A stretch of DNA of 64,000 nt from an uncultured Peptostreptococcus sp. (GTDB taxonomy: Bacteria; Bacillota; Clostridia; Peptostreptococcales; Peptostreptococcaceae): the NCBI GenBank assembly GCA_900759325.1, contig CAAEUW010000025.1, positions 16,057 to 80,056 on the forward strand, read 5' to 3'. Below are positions 52,366-62,447 of this stretch, in pieces. The notes under the pieces were generated by a model. It worked only from the letters and a program-made list of their open reading frames with translations. It was not told where the DNA came from and did no database searches. Made by a program: the position numbers and the translations under genes. Each line of letters begins with the position of its first letter. The stretch's first letter is position 1.

Positions 52366-52896
52366 ATGGATATAAGATTTATAAGAGACCTAGCAGGTGT
52401 AATGCAAGAATATAACCTAAATAGACTTGATTATAGCTGTGGGGACACAAAGTTAGAACTAGAAATATATGGAGAAAAGACAGGTAAAAAAAGAAATAAT
52501 ATATTAGATAATCAAAATACTGCTCTAAATAGGATTGATAATGGAAATGATGAAGTAAAAAATAGGAGTTTTGTAGATGATAATATTGATAGGCAAAGTA
52601 TCAATCAGGAGACTTCAGCAAAGAATGAACCGGTGCTAGATCAGGGTCTTGAAGCCATCCAGTCAAATATGATTGGTACCTTCTATTCAAAGCCATCTCC
52701 TGATGATGATGCCTTTGTCCAGCCTGGCAAGGTGGTAGCTAAGGATGAGGTTGTCTGTATTATAGAATCTATGAAGCTTATGAATGAAATCAGGGCACCA
52801 TTTAAGTGCGAGATTGTGGAAGTTTTAGTTGAGGATGGTCAGATAATAGAGTTTGGTCAGGACTTATTTAAGGTTAAAAACCTTGAGGCTAAATAG
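52366..52896 (+). CDS. accB: Biotin carboxyl carrier protein
   Basis: GTFY and IIESMKLMNEI biotinylation motif. Confidence 0.92.
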   Translation: MDIRFIRDLAGVMQEYNLNRLDYSCGDTKLELEIYGEKTGKKRNNILDNQNTALNRIDNGNDEVKNRSFVDDNIDRQSINQETSAKNEPVLDQGLEAIQSNMIGTFYSKPSPDDDAFVQPGKVVAKDEVVCIIESMKLMNEIRAPFKCEIVEVLVEDGQIIEFGQDLFKVKNLEAK

Positions 52897-52913
52897 GGTT
52901 TGGAGGTGATCAA

Positions 52914-54338
52914 ATGACTAGACCTAGAGAGAAGGAAATAGATGTTGCTAGGTCTTTAAAAGCGACTAGAGAAGGAGCTAGACCTATCAAAAAAGTTTTA
53001 GTAGCCAATAGGGGGGAGATTGCAGTAAGGATAATCAGGACCCTAAAGGACATGGGGATAAAGAGTGTGGCTGTATTTTCAAGTGCAGACAAGGATTCTC
53101 TCCATGCTACCATAGCTGATGAGGCCATTTGTATAGGGCCTGCCAGCGTCAAGGATAGCTACTTAAATAAGATACAAATTATAAATGCAGCCCTAGTAAC
53201 TGGAGCAGATGCCATCCATCCAGGCTTTGGCTTCTTGTCAGAAAATCACGGCTTTGCCAGGATGTGTGAGGTCTATAATATCAAGTTTATAGGTCCTACT
53301 AGCAGGGTCATGGCTATGATGGGCGACAAGGAAGTTTCAAAAAGGATGATGAAGGAAGCCGGTGTACCTGTGGTCGAGGGCTCAGATGGGGTTGTTGAAA
53401 GCCTAGAGGAGGCTAGGGTGGTCCTTGAAAGGCTGGGACTACCTGTTATCATCAAGGCCAGGTCTGGCGGTGGTGGTAAGGGTATGAGGCTAGTTGAGGA
53501 TATGGATGACCTTAAGAGGCAGTTTGATTCTGCCAGAAAGGAAGCCCAAAATGCTTTTGGTGATTCTGGAGTATACATAGAAAAATATATCAAGTCTCCT
53601 CGTCACATAGAGGTCCAGCTGATGGCTGATGAACATGGAAATGTCATCCACCTTGGTGCTAGGGACTGTTCCCTGCAGATGAACCACCAGAAGGTAATAG
53701 AAGAGGCGCCACCAGAGGGTGTAGACCAGGAAACCCTGGATGGGCTATACGAAACATCTGTCAGGGCCGCCAAGTCGGTTTCATATACCAGTGTAGGTAC
53801 TATAGAATACCTTCTAGACCAGGATGGGTCCTACTACTTTATGGAAATGAATACCAGGATTCAGGTAGAACACCCTATTACGGAGATGGTTACTGGCATA
53901 GATATAGTCAGAGACCAGGTATTAATAGCCTGTGGAGAAAGGCTGGCCTACAAGCAGGAAGATATAATGATTAGGGGCCACGCCATAGAGTGTAGGATAA
54001 ATGCCTATGACTCTGACAACAACTTCCTACCTAGCGTGGGCAAGATCCAGGCCCTAAATATGCCAGGTGGCTATGGGGTCAGGGTTGACAGTGCCATATA
54101 CCAGGGCTACGAGGTCCTACCATTTTATGATTCCATGCTTGCTAAGGTAATATCCTATGGCAGGGATAGGAAAGAGGCTATCAGGATAATGAATAGGGCC
54201 CTAGAGGAATTTGTAGTTGAGGGGGTCAGGACTAATATAGGCTTTAACCTCAAGCTAATAAATGACCCAGTATTTATAGAAAATAAATATGATACATCAT
54301 ATTTGGAAAGGAGCATAGATGATACTAGACCACTTTAA
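52914..54338 (+). CDS. accC: Biotin carboxylase
   Basis: ANRGEIA, HPGFGFLSEN, GGGGKGM and EMNTRIQVEH. Confidence 0.95.
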   Translation: MTRPREKEIDVARSLKATREGARPIKKVLVANRGEIAVRIIRTLKDMGIKSVAVFSSADKDSLHATIADEAICIGPASVKDSYLNKIQIINAALVTGADAIHPGFGFLSENHGFARMCEVYNIKFIGPTSRVMAMMGDKEVSKRMMKEAGVPVVEGSDGVVESLEEARVVLERLGLPVIIKARSGGGGKGMRLVEDMDDLKRQFDSARKEAQNAFGDSGVYIEKYIKSPRHIEVQLMADEHGNVIHLGARDCSLQMNHQKVIEEAPPEGVDQETLDGLYETSVRAAKSVSYTSVGTIEYLLDQDGSYYFMEMNTRIQVEHPITEMVTGIDIVRDQVLIACGERLAYKQEDIMIRGHAIECRINAYDSDNNFLPSVGKIQALNMPGGYGVRVDSAIYQGYEVLPFYDSMLAKVISYGRDRKEAIRIMNRALEEFVVEGVRTNIGFNLKLINDPVFIENKYDTSYLERSIDDTRPL

Positions 54339-55176
54339 GAGTAAGACCTATAGGCCGGTTAAAAAGGTTGATATACAACCGGACTGTGTAATTAAGTGTC
54401 CCAAGTGTGAGTCCCTTTTCTTCATTGATGATATGGACCATGTAAACAAGCTATGCCCCCACTGCGGTAAGTACTTCAATATGACTGCCTGGGAGAGGCT
54501 AGCTAGCATAGTTGATGAAGACAGCTTTACTGAGTACTTTAGGGAAAAGAAGATAAGAGACCCGCTAAAATTTCCAAAATATAAGGAAAAGCAGTTAAGC
54601 CTGAGAAGGAAGTATGAGCTTGATGAGGGTGTGGTATGTGGTACAGCCAGTATCAAGAATATCAAGGTTGCCATAGCAGTTATGGATACCGACTACCTGA
54701 TGGGCAGTATGGGGACTACTGTGGGTGAAAAGATAACAAAGACAGTTGAGCTGTCTATAAAGAAGAAGCTACCCCTATTGATATTCTCGGCTTCAGGTGG
54801 GGCCAGGATGCAGGAGGGTATGTTCTCTCTAATGCAGATGGCAAAGACCTCCCAGGCCATAGCAAGGCACAAGGAGAAGGGCCTCTTATATATATCAATA
54901 ATGACCAACCCTACTACAGGTGGGGTAAGTGCCAGCTTTGCCAGCCTGGGAGACTTAGTCATAGGGGAGAAAAACGCCCTGATTGGCTTTGCGGGTCCTA
55001 GGGTTATCAAGCAGGTAACAGGAACAGAGTTGCCACCAGGCTTCCAGAGTTCGGAGTTTCTACTTGAGCACGGCCTACTTGATATGATACTGTCCAGAGA
55101 AGAAATGAGGGACAGGCTGGGAGATATACTAAAGATACATACGAATGTAAATAAGTCTAGGGGGGTGAGAAGATGA
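54319..55176 (+). CDS. accD: Acetyl-CoA carboxyltransferase beta subunit
   Basis: CPKC/CPHC Zn finger, SGGARMQEG and GFAGPRVI. Confidence 0.95.
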   Translation: MILDHFKSKTYRPVKKVDIQPDCVIKCPKCESLFFIDDMDHVNKLCPHCGKYFNMTAWERLASIVDEDSFTEYFREKKIRDPLKFPKYKEKQLSLRRKYELDEGVVCGTASIKNIKVAIAVMDTDYLMGSMGTTVGEKITKTVELSIKKKLPLLIFSASGGARMQEGMFSLMQMAKTSQAIARHKEKGLLYISIMTNPTTGGVSASFASLGDLVIGEKNALIGFAGPRVIKQVTGTELPPGFQSSEFLLEHGLLDMILSREEMRDRLGDILKIHTNVNKSRGVRR

Positions 55177-55916
55177 CAAAGGCAATGGATATGGTTCGTG
55201 CCTCAAGAGACCCTCAGAGGAAAAAGGCCTATGACTACATTAATTACCTCTGCGATCCCTTCGTTGAATTACATGGAGACAGGCTCTTTGCTGACGATGA
55301 CAGCATAGTAGGTGGCATAGGAAGTATAGGTCCTTATTCTGTCATGATAATAGGCCAGCAAAAGGACAAGAATTTCGGTATGCCAAATCCAGAAGGCTAC
55401 AGGAAGGTATTGAGGCTGGCTGAATATGCTGAAAAATTTAAGCTACCCCTGATTACCCTGATCGACACTCCAGGTGCTGGATGTGGAATAGAAGCAGAGG
55501 AAAGGGGACAGGCAAGCTCGATAGCAAATTGCATATGCAGGTTTTCATCCTTGAAAGTACCTAGCCTAGCCATAATTATTGGTGAGGGAGGCAGTGGTGG
55601 AGCTCTAGCCCTAAGTGTTACAGATGAAATTTGGATGCTGGAAAAGAGCGTCTACTCGATACTATCACCAGAAGGCTTCTCTAGTATCCTGTGGAAGGAA
55701 CCTAGTAAAAAGGACGAGGCAGCTGAGCTGATGAGGCTTACAAGCTACGACCTAAAGGAAGATGGTTTTATAGAAAAAATCATAAAAGAAGATGGTGGAG
55801 AGATATATAATTTAAAGAATGAAATATTGAACTTTTTAGACAAATCCTATTCTATTTCTATGGAAAAAACTCTTAAAAAAAGATATGATAAGTATAGAAA
55901 GATTTTAGGAGGATAG
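55173..55916 (+). CDS. accA: Acetyl-CoA carboxyltransferase alpha subunit
   Basis: ELHGDR, NFGMPNPEGYRK, DTPGA and GEGGSGGA. Confidence 0.94.
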   Translation: MTKAMDMVRASRDPQRKKAYDYINYLCDPFVELHGDRLFADDDSIVGGIGSIGPYSVMIIGQQKDKNFGMPNPEGYRKVLRLAEYAEKFKLPLITLIDTPGAGCGIEAEERGQASSIANCICRFSSLKVPSLAIIIGEGGSGGALALSVTDEIWMLEKSVYSILSPEGFSSILWKEPSKKDEAAELMRLTSYDLKEDGFIEKIIKEDGGEIYNLKNEILNFLDKSYSISMEKTLKKRYDKYRKILGG

Positions 55917-55920
55917 GAAT

Positions 55921-56400
55921 ATGGATATTAAAAACAAAAACTACGAAGACAGTCGCAAGGTTATAAACGGTATAATAGTTGAACTATTTAAGAATATATT
56001 GACGATAGAAGAAAAATCTCTAAAGGATAGGGGGATAAAGGACCTATCCATAACAGAGATACATGTAATAGAGGCCATCGGAATAGGCAATAGGAAGATG
56101 ATGTCTGAAATAGCCGATATATTGGAAGTGACAATGGGAACCCTAACTATAGCCATGACCAAGCTTGAAAAGAAGGGTTATGTGGTAAGGGAGAGAGACG
56201 AAAGAGACAGAAGAATTGTCGTTTGTAGCCTGACTAGAAGGGGAGTTTTAGCTGAAAAGATTCATAGGAATTTTCATGATGAGATGATTGACCATTTGAT
56301 GGTGGACTTGAAGCTAGAGGAGGAACCAGCCTTGATCCAGGCCCTAAAGAATATCAATGAGTTTTTCATCAGAGAATATGGAGGAAAAAATGACAATTAA
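55921..56400 (+). CDS. fabT: MarR-family fatty acid synthesis repressor (FabT-like)
   Basis: DLSITEIHVIEAI, GTLT, LEKKGYV and DRR; directly upstream of fabH. Confidence 0.8.
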   Translation: MDIKNKNYEDSRKVINGIIVELFKNILTIEEKSLKDRGIKDLSITEIHVIEAIGIGNRKMMSEIADILEVTMGTLTIAMTKLEKKGYVVRERDERDRRIVVCSLTRRGVLAEKIHRNFHDEMIDHLMVDLKLEEEPALIQALKNINEFFIREYGGKNDN

Positions 56401-57406
56401 CATAATTTCTACTGGAAGTTATGCTGGAGAAAAGATATTAGACAATGACTATTTTGCCAAGATTGTAGATACCAATGACGCATGGATACAGGAAAGAACA
56501 GGCATCAAGACTAGACATATCTGTGATGATATTACTACAGAGGAGATGGCAGCAAGGGCTGGAAAATCTGCCCTAGAAAAATTAGATATAGACAGGTCAA
56601 AGATCGGTTTGGTTATTTTTGCCAGTGTTAGCTCTGATACCAGGACACCAGCATCATCCTATACAGTAGCAGGTAAGCTGGGGCTTAAGGGAAATCCAAT
56701 TTGCTTTGACCTAAATGCTGCTTGTAGCGGTTTTGTCTATAGTATGGCAGTTGCCAGGTCACTTATGGCTGATATGAATATAGCCTATGCTATGGTAATT
56801 GGAGCTGAAAGGCTGTCCAAGTTTGTAAATTGGTCAGACAGGTCTACCTGCATCCTCTTTGGAGATGGGGCAGGCTGTGCAATATTAGAAAACTCTGACC
56901 TAGCAGACCCAGGAGTTAAGTCTAGCCTGGCCTACAAGCTAGAAGTTGAAGGTGACTACTTGGCCGGTAAGTACGACAGCAATAGGTACCTAACCCTTGA
57001 TTCAAGGTTTAGCCTAGATGAAGACAAGTACCCCTATATAGGTATGAATGGTAGACAGATATACAAGTTTGCTACAGATGTCGGTGTCAAGGTAGTCGAC
57101 AAGCTACTGGGTGACAGGGGACTATCAAGAGATGATATAGAACTGATAGTGCCACACCAGGCCAATAAGAGAATAATAGAAACCCTGGCTATAAAGAGTC
57201 AAATACCAGAGGACAAGTGGTTTGTAAATCTCGACAAGTATGGTAATACATCGGCAGCCAGCGTACCCCTTGCCTTAAATGAGGTAGTCGAGGATGTCTT
57301 ATCAGAAAGGGACCTTGACCAAATGGATGGTAAGAGGATACTTTCAATAGCCTTTGGTGGAGGCTTAAGCTATGGTGGCTTCCTACTGAGGATAAGGAAG
57401 AAATAG
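56390..57406 (+). CDS. fabH: 3-oxoacyl-ACP synthase III
   Basis: WIQERTGI, AACSGF, PHQAN and GNTSAAS. Confidence 0.95.
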   Translation: MTINIISTGSYAGEKILDNDYFAKIVDTNDAWIQERTGIKTRHICDDITTEEMAARAGKSALEKLDIDRSKIGLVIFASVSSDTRTPASSYTVAGKLGLKGNPICFDLNAACSGFVYSMAVARSLMADMNIAYAMVIGAERLSKFVNWSDRSTCILFGDGAGCAILENSDLADPGVKSSLAYKLEVEGDYLAGKYDSNRYLTLDSRFSLDEDKYPYIGMNGRQIYKFATDVGVKVVDKLLGDRGLSRDDIELIVPHQANKRIIETLAIKSQIPEDKWFVNLDKYGNTSAASVPLALNEVVEDVLSERDLDQMDGKRILSIAFGGGLSYGGFLLRIRKK

Positions 57407-57590
57407 GACCTAAATAATTAATAAGGGGAAAATAGGACCTAGATAAGTTATTAGACAAAATAAAGTAAAAAAAGAAGTGAAACTATACAAGCTTATACAA
57501 GCAAAGAAGATAAAATAGGACCAGCTTTGAATAAATGAAATAAGCAAGATTAAACAAAAAATTTATATGTATTAAAAGGAGATTAAAAAA

Positions 57591-57815
57591 ATGATAACAA
57601 AGATAAAGGAAATATTAGCAGACCAGTTAGATATAGAACTAGAAGATATAAAGGACAACAGTGATATCCAGGAGGACCTAGAAGCAGATTCTCTAGACGT
57701 AATGGATATAATGACTGAAATAGAGGATGAATTCGATATAGAAGTAGAAGACGAGGCTATAGAGGAATTGAGAACTCCTCAGAAGATAGCTGACTATATA
57801 GCAAAGGTAAAGTAA
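57591..57815 (+). CDS. acpP: Acyl carrier protein
   Basis: DLEADSLD motif; acidic, 74 aa. Confidence 0.95.
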   Translation: MITKIKEILADQLDIELEDIKDNSDIQEDLEADSLDVMDIMTEIEDEFDIEVEDEAIEELRTPQKIADYIAKVK

Positions 57816-57820
57816 GGGCC

Positions 57821-58759
57821 ATGAAAAACAAGGAAATATGTGCTTTATTGGGCATAGACTACCCTATTTTTCAGGGGGGTATGGCCTGGGTATCAGATGC
57901 TGAATTGGCAGCTGCCGTATCAAATGCAGGTGGCCTAGGCATTATAGCAGCAGGTAATGCACCCAAGGACTGGGTTGTAAACGAAGTAAGGAAGATCAAG
58001 GGACTTACAGACAAGCCCTTTGCCCTGAACCTTATGTTACTTAGTCCATTTATAGATGAGGTAGTAGATGCCGTAATAGAAGAGGGTGTAAAGATAGTAG
58101 TAACTGGAGCAGGTAATCCAGGTAAATATTTTAGCAAGCTAAACGAACATGGTGTAAAGATAATACCAGTAGTACCATCAGTAGCCCAGGCTATAAGAAT
58201 GGAAAGAAACGATGGTGTTGTAGCCATGATAGCTGAAGGTGCTGAGGCAGGCGGCCATGTTGGTGTTACCAACACTATGTCCCTAATTCCCCAGATAGTA
58301 GATGCCGTATCCCTACCAGTAATAGCTGCAGGTGGTATAGCTGATGGCAGGGGCTTTGCTGCAGCCATGTGTCTAGGAGCAAGTGGTATCCAGGTTGGTA
58401 CAAGGTTTTTAGTGGCTGATGAATGTAATGTTAGCGAGCCATATAAGGAAAAGGTCCTAAAGGCCAAGGATACATCTACCTTGACAACTGGTAATTCTAC
58501 AGGTCACCCTGTCAGGGTAATCAAGAACAAGTTTGCCAAGAAGTTCAAGGCCATGGAGGATGCTAAGGCGGACCAGGCAGAACTAGAAGCCTTTGGTGCT
58601 GGTGCCCTAAGAAAGGCAGTAGTTGACGGTGATGTTGACAATGGTTCAGTAATGGCAGGCCAGATAGCAGGCCTAGTAAACAAGAGAGAATCCTGTAAGG
58701 ATATAATAGAGGACTTGATGAAGGGCTACCAGGAAGTAGTCAGGGGCTTGGAGCTTTAA
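57821..58759 (+). CDS. fabK: Enoyl-ACP reductase II
   Basis: QGGMAW, EAGGH, AAGGIADGRG and MAGQ. Confidence 0.93.
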   Translation: MKNKEICALLGIDYPIFQGGMAWVSDAELAAAVSNAGGLGIIAAGNAPKDWVVNEVRKIKGLTDKPFALNLMLLSPFIDEVVDAVIEEGVKIVVTGAGNPGKYFSKLNEHGVKIIPVVPSVAQAIRMERNDGVVAMIAEGAEAGGHVGVTNTMSLIPQIVDAVSLPVIAAGGIADGRGFAAAMCLGASGIQVGTRFLVADECNVSEPYKEKVLKAKDTSTLTTGNSTGHPVRVIKNKFAKKFKAMEDAKADQAELEAFGAGALRKAVVDGDVDNGSVMAGQIAGLVNKRESCKDIIEDLMKGYQEVVRGLEL

Positions 58760-58806
58760 GCAAGTAGCCACAAGTTATATTTAGACAGTGAAAGGATAGG
58801 TTAAGA

Positions 58807-59745
58807 ATGAGTAAAAAGATAGGAGTACTATTTCCCGGCCAAGGTTCTCAGTATGAGGGCATGGGCAGGGACTTGATAGCTAGTCCAGTATATAAGAGGG
58901 CCAAGGAAATCCTTGATGACCACACATATTCGGTGGTTGAACAGGCCAGCCTTGACCAGCTATCAAAGACTAGGTATGGTCAGGTGGCCATATTTTTAAA
59001 TAGCCTTAGCCTATATCAAGAGCTTAAAGATAGGGTTTTAGATCCAAATGACATAGGTGTATCTGCCAGTCTAGGCCTAAGCCTGGGAGAATATACTGCC
59101 CTGTGTGCTGCAGGCGTATTTTCCCTTGATGAGGGAATAGACCTAGTGAAAAATAGGGGTCTTATCATGGGTCAAGGAGCTGGAGGCAAGGGGTCTATGG
59201 TAGCAGTTATGAAGACTGGCCTAGAGACTATTCAAGACCTTGTAGATAAAGCAAAAGAGGATGATGTACTAGCAGTATGCAACCTAAACTCACCGGGCCA
59301 GATAGTAGTTGGTGGAGAATTTGCTGCCCTAGATAGGTTTGAAGAAAAGTGCAAGGAAGCCAAGATAAAGAGGTATATGAGGCTAAATGTCGAGGGTCCC
59401 TTCCATACACAAATCTTAAACCAGGCAGCTAAGGAATTTGCTGATAACTACCTATCAAAGATAGACTACAGGGAGCCTAGCATGGATGTATATACCAACC
59501 TATCAGGCAAGAACTATAGGCAGGTAGACTCCATAGTAGACAATCTTAAGGACCAGATGTGCTCACCAGTTAGGTTTATTGACTGTGTTGAAAATATGAT
59601 AGCTGATGGCTGTCAGTTGTTTATAGAAATAGGTCCAGGCAAGTCCCTAAGTGGCTTTGTAAAAAAGATAAACAAGGATGTAAAAGTCATAAACATACAA
59701 AATATATCCGATATAGAGGGTATAGATTTGGAGGATTTAAAATGA
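58807..59745 (+). CDS. fabD: Malonyl-CoA:ACP transacylase
   Basis: FPGQGSQ, GLSLGE, PFH and EIGPG. Confidence 0.95.
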   Translation: MSKKIGVLFPGQGSQYEGMGRDLIASPVYKRAKEILDDHTYSVVEQASLDQLSKTRYGQVAIFLNSLSLYQELKDRVLDPNDIGVSASLGLSLGEYTALCAAGVFSLDEGIDLVKNRGLIMGQGAGGKGSMVAVMKTGLETIQDLVDKAKEDDVLAVCNLNSPGQIVVGGEFAALDRFEEKCKEAKIKRYMRLNVEGPFHTQILNQAAKEFADNYLSKIDYREPSMDVYTNLSGKNYRQVDSIVDNLKDQMCSPVRFIDCVENMIADGCQLFIEIGPGKSLSGFVKKINKDVKVINIQNISDIEGIDLEDLK

Positions 59746-60488
59746 ATGATATAAGGAAGGTAGCCTTTGTAACAGGCGCATCTAGGGGTCTTGGTAGGGC
59801 CATAGTAGAAAAGCTAGCCTCTGATGGATTCAAGGTTGGATTTAGCTATGTAAGCTCTGATGAAAAGGCCAAGGCCATAGTAGATGAGTTGACTGCAAGG
59901 GGCTTAGAGGTATTTTCTGTCAAGTTCGATGTAAAGAACTTTCAGGAGGTTGAGGATGCCTTTGATAAGATATATGAAGAGCATGGTAGGATAGATGTCC
60001 TAGTAAATAATGCAGGTATAACAAGGGACAAGTTGTTTTCTAGGATGAAGGAGGACGACTTCGACCAGGTAATAGATACCAACCTAAAGGGTATATTTAA
60101 CTGCTCAAAACAGGTGGCTAGGAAGATGTCAAAGCAGAAGTCAGGTCGCATTATAAATATATCATCGCTAGCAGGCCTAGTTGGTAATATAGGTCAGGTA
60201 AACTATTCTGCATCAAAGGCAGGAGTAATAGGATTTACAAGGTCCTTGGCAGCTGAATTAGGTGCCTATGGAATTACTGTAAATGCAGTTGCCCCAGGCC
60301 TAATAAAGACTGATATGACAGATGCGATTCCAGACCAGATAAGAGAAGGGATGATCAAGGCCATACCACTAAAGCGTATAGGCCAGCCTGAGGATATAGG
60401 CAAGATAGTAGGCTTCTTAGCAGGCGATGGAGGCTCATATATCACAGGTCAGGTTATCAGCGTTGATGGTGGCCTATCATCAATATAG
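59742..60488 (+). CDS. fabG: 3-oxoacyl-ACP reductase
   Basis: TGASRGLG, NNAGITRD and YSASK. Confidence 0.95.
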   Translation: MNDIRKVAFVTGASRGLGRAIVEKLASDGFKVGFSYVSSDEKAKAIVDELTARGLEVFSVKFDVKNFQEVEDAFDKIYEEHGRIDVLVNNAGITRDKLFSRMKEDDFDQVIDTNLKGIFNCSKQVARKMSKQKSGRIINISSLAGLVGNIGQVNYSASKAGVIGFTRSLAAELGAYGITVNAVAPGLIKTDMTDAIPDQIREGMIKAIPLKRIGQPEDIGKIVGFLAGDGGSYITGQVISVDGGLSSI

Positions 60489-60524
60489 GTGATAGGGATA
60501 GGTTGAAAGGAGAACAAGTTTTTT

Positions 60525-61760
60525 ATGAGTAGAAGGGTAGTTATTACAGGGGCTGGTGTAGTCAGTGCCCTAGGGAATTCTGTAGATACCTTTATAGAAA
60601 ATATAAAAGACGGAAAAAATGGGATTAGTCTCATTGAAGGAATAGATGTAGACCAGAACAAGGTCAAGCTAGCTGCAGAGGTCAAGGACTTTGACCCCAA
60701 GGACTTCGATATAGACGGCCACAAGAAAAAAGACAGGTTTGTCCAGTTTGCAATGGCAGCAGCAAAGCAGGCCTATGAGTCAAGTGGCTATGAAATAAAT
60801 GATGAAAACAGGTTTAGGACAGGTGTGGTAATAGGAAGTGGGATTGGTGGTCTAGTGACTATACAGGACGCCTATGCCAAGTATCTGGAAAAGGGACCTA
60901 GAAAGGTATCTTCCCACTTTATACCAAAGGCCATTATTAATATGGCATCTGCCCATGTATCCATAAAGCTTGGTACTAAGGGGGTATGCACATCTAGTGT
61001 AACAGCGTGTGCAACAGCAACAGACTCTATAGGTAGTGCCTTTAGGTTAATAAAGGATGGCTACCAGGATGCTATTTTTGCAGGTGGCTGTGAAGCATCA
61101 ATATGTGAGCTTGGAGTATCAGGCTTTGAAGCCATGTCAGCCATGACTGTTTCACAGGATGTAAATAGGGCTTCTATACCTTTTGACAAGGAGAGGTCAG
61201 GCTTTGTAATGGGCGAGGGTGCAGGAGTTCTACTGCTAGAATCCCTTGAATCAGCCCTGGCAAGAAAGGCCAATATTATATGCGAAATAGTTGGCTATGG
61301 TCAGACTAGTGATGCCTACCATATTACAGCTCCAGATCCAGATGCTGAAGGGGCTAAGATGGCGATGCTATTGGCCCTTGAAGAGGCCAAGCTAGAACCT
61401 CAAAAACTTGCCTACATAAATGCCCACGGTACTAGTACCCCTATGAATGATGCAATAGAAACAAAGGCTATAAAGAAGGCCTTTGGAGACCATGCAAAAA
61501 AACTTTGTGTATCATCTACAAAGTCTATGACGGGTCATATGCTAGGTGCAGCAGGGGCTGTTGAAGCACTTGTATGCGCATATGCAGTAAGGGATGGCTT
61601 TGTACCACAGACCCTAAACTATAGGGTGGCTGATGAGGCTTGTGACCTAGACTATGTAGCAGGTGCTACAAGGTACCAGGAGGTACCATATGCCATATCA
61701 AATTCATTAGGCTTTGGTGGACACAACTCAAGTCTCCTATTTAAAAAGTATAGCGAGTAG
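60525..61760 (+). CDS. fabF: 3-oxoacyl-ACP synthase II
   Basis: TACAT, NAHGTST, TGHMLG and GFGGHN. Confidence 0.95.
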   Translation: MSRRVVITGAGVVSALGNSVDTFIENIKDGKNGISLIEGIDVDQNKVKLAAEVKDFDPKDFDIDGHKKKDRFVQFAMAAAKQAYESSGYEINDENRFRTGVVIGSGIGGLVTIQDAYAKYLEKGPRKVSSHFIPKAIINMASAHVSIKLGTKGVCTSSVTACATATDSIGSAFRLIKDGYQDAIFAGGCEASICELGVSGFEAMSAMTVSQDVNRASIPFDKERSGFVMGEGAGVLLLESLESALARKANIICEIVGYGQTSDAYHITAPDPDAEGAKMAMLLALEEAKLEPQKLAYINAHGTSTPMNDAIETKAIKKAFGDHAKKLCVSSTKSMTGHMLGAAGAVEALVCAYAVRDGFVPQTLNYRVADEACDLDYVAGATRYQEVPYAISNSLGFGGHNSSLLFKKYSE

Positions 61761-61768
61761 GTGGAAGT

Positions 61769-62194
61769 ATGTTGAATATAGAAGAAATAAAGCAAATAAT
61801 ACCACATAGGTACCCATTCTTGTTGATAGACAGGGTTGAGGAAATGGAAGTGGGCAAGAGCGTACATGCGGTAAAGTGTATCACGGCATCGGAGCCTTGG
61901 TTTACGGGTCACTTTCCAGACCACAATGTAATGCCAGGTGTCCTGCTTGTAGAGGCCATGGCCCAGGCAGGGGCAGTTTCCATCCTATCAATGGAAGAAA
62001 ATAGGGGAAAGCTAGCTTTTTTCTCCGGTATCAAGAATGCCAAATTTAGGAGAGAGGTAGTACCTGGAGACAAGCTGGATATATACGTGGAAATAACTAA
62101 GATGAGAAGAAATTTTGGAAGTGGTGCAGGTAAGATTTACTGTGGTCAAGACCTGTGTGTGGAAGCAGAAATAAGCTTCTTTATAGAAAAGTAA
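61769..62194 (+). CDS. fabZ: 3-hydroxyacyl-ACP dehydratase
   Basis: PHRYPFLLID, GHFP and MPGVLLVEAMAQ. Confidence 0.95.
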   Translation: MLNIEEIKQIIPHRYPFLLIDRVEEMEVGKSVHAVKCITASEPWFTGHFPDHNVMPGVLLVEAMAQAGAVSILSMEENRGKLAFFSGIKNAKFRREVVPGDKLDIYVEITKMRRNFGSGAGKIYCGQDLCVEAEISFFIEK

Positions 62195-62221
62195 TCCCAT
62201 TGAATAATTTATCAATTTATG

Positions 62222-62269
62222 AGACAACATCTGTAAGATACTTATAGTTATAGATGTTGTCTTTATTTT
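62222..62269 (+). terminator. Terminator of the fab operon
   Basis: AGACAACATCTGTAA...TTATAGATGTTGTCT-TTATTTT. Confidence 0.8.
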
Positions 62270-62321
62270 ATAAATTCCAAATAAATTTTCCCTACATAAT
62301 GAATAATATTTCTCTAAGGTG

Positions 62322-62350
62322 GTGACAATTTTCGTCTTTTTCGATATAAT
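62322..62350 (+). promoter_or_regulatory. SigA promoter for the pbuX-xpt leader
   Basis: GTGACA-N17-TATAAT. Confidence 0.7.
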
Positions 62351-62372
62351 AGTTAAATATAAAAGCATATTT

Positions 62373-62437
62373 ACTCATATAAGCCCCTAATATGGTGGGG
62401 TGTTTCTACCTATAGCCTTAAACTATGGTCTATGAGT
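62373..62437 (+). ncRNA. Purine (guanine-type, C74) riboswitch aptamer
   Basis: P1 ACUCAUA/UAUGAGU, J1/2 UAA, L2 AUAUGG, J2/3 GUUUCUAC and L3 CCUUAAA; upstream of a xanthine permease. Confidence 0.93.
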
Positions 62438-62447
62438 TGGAATTAAA

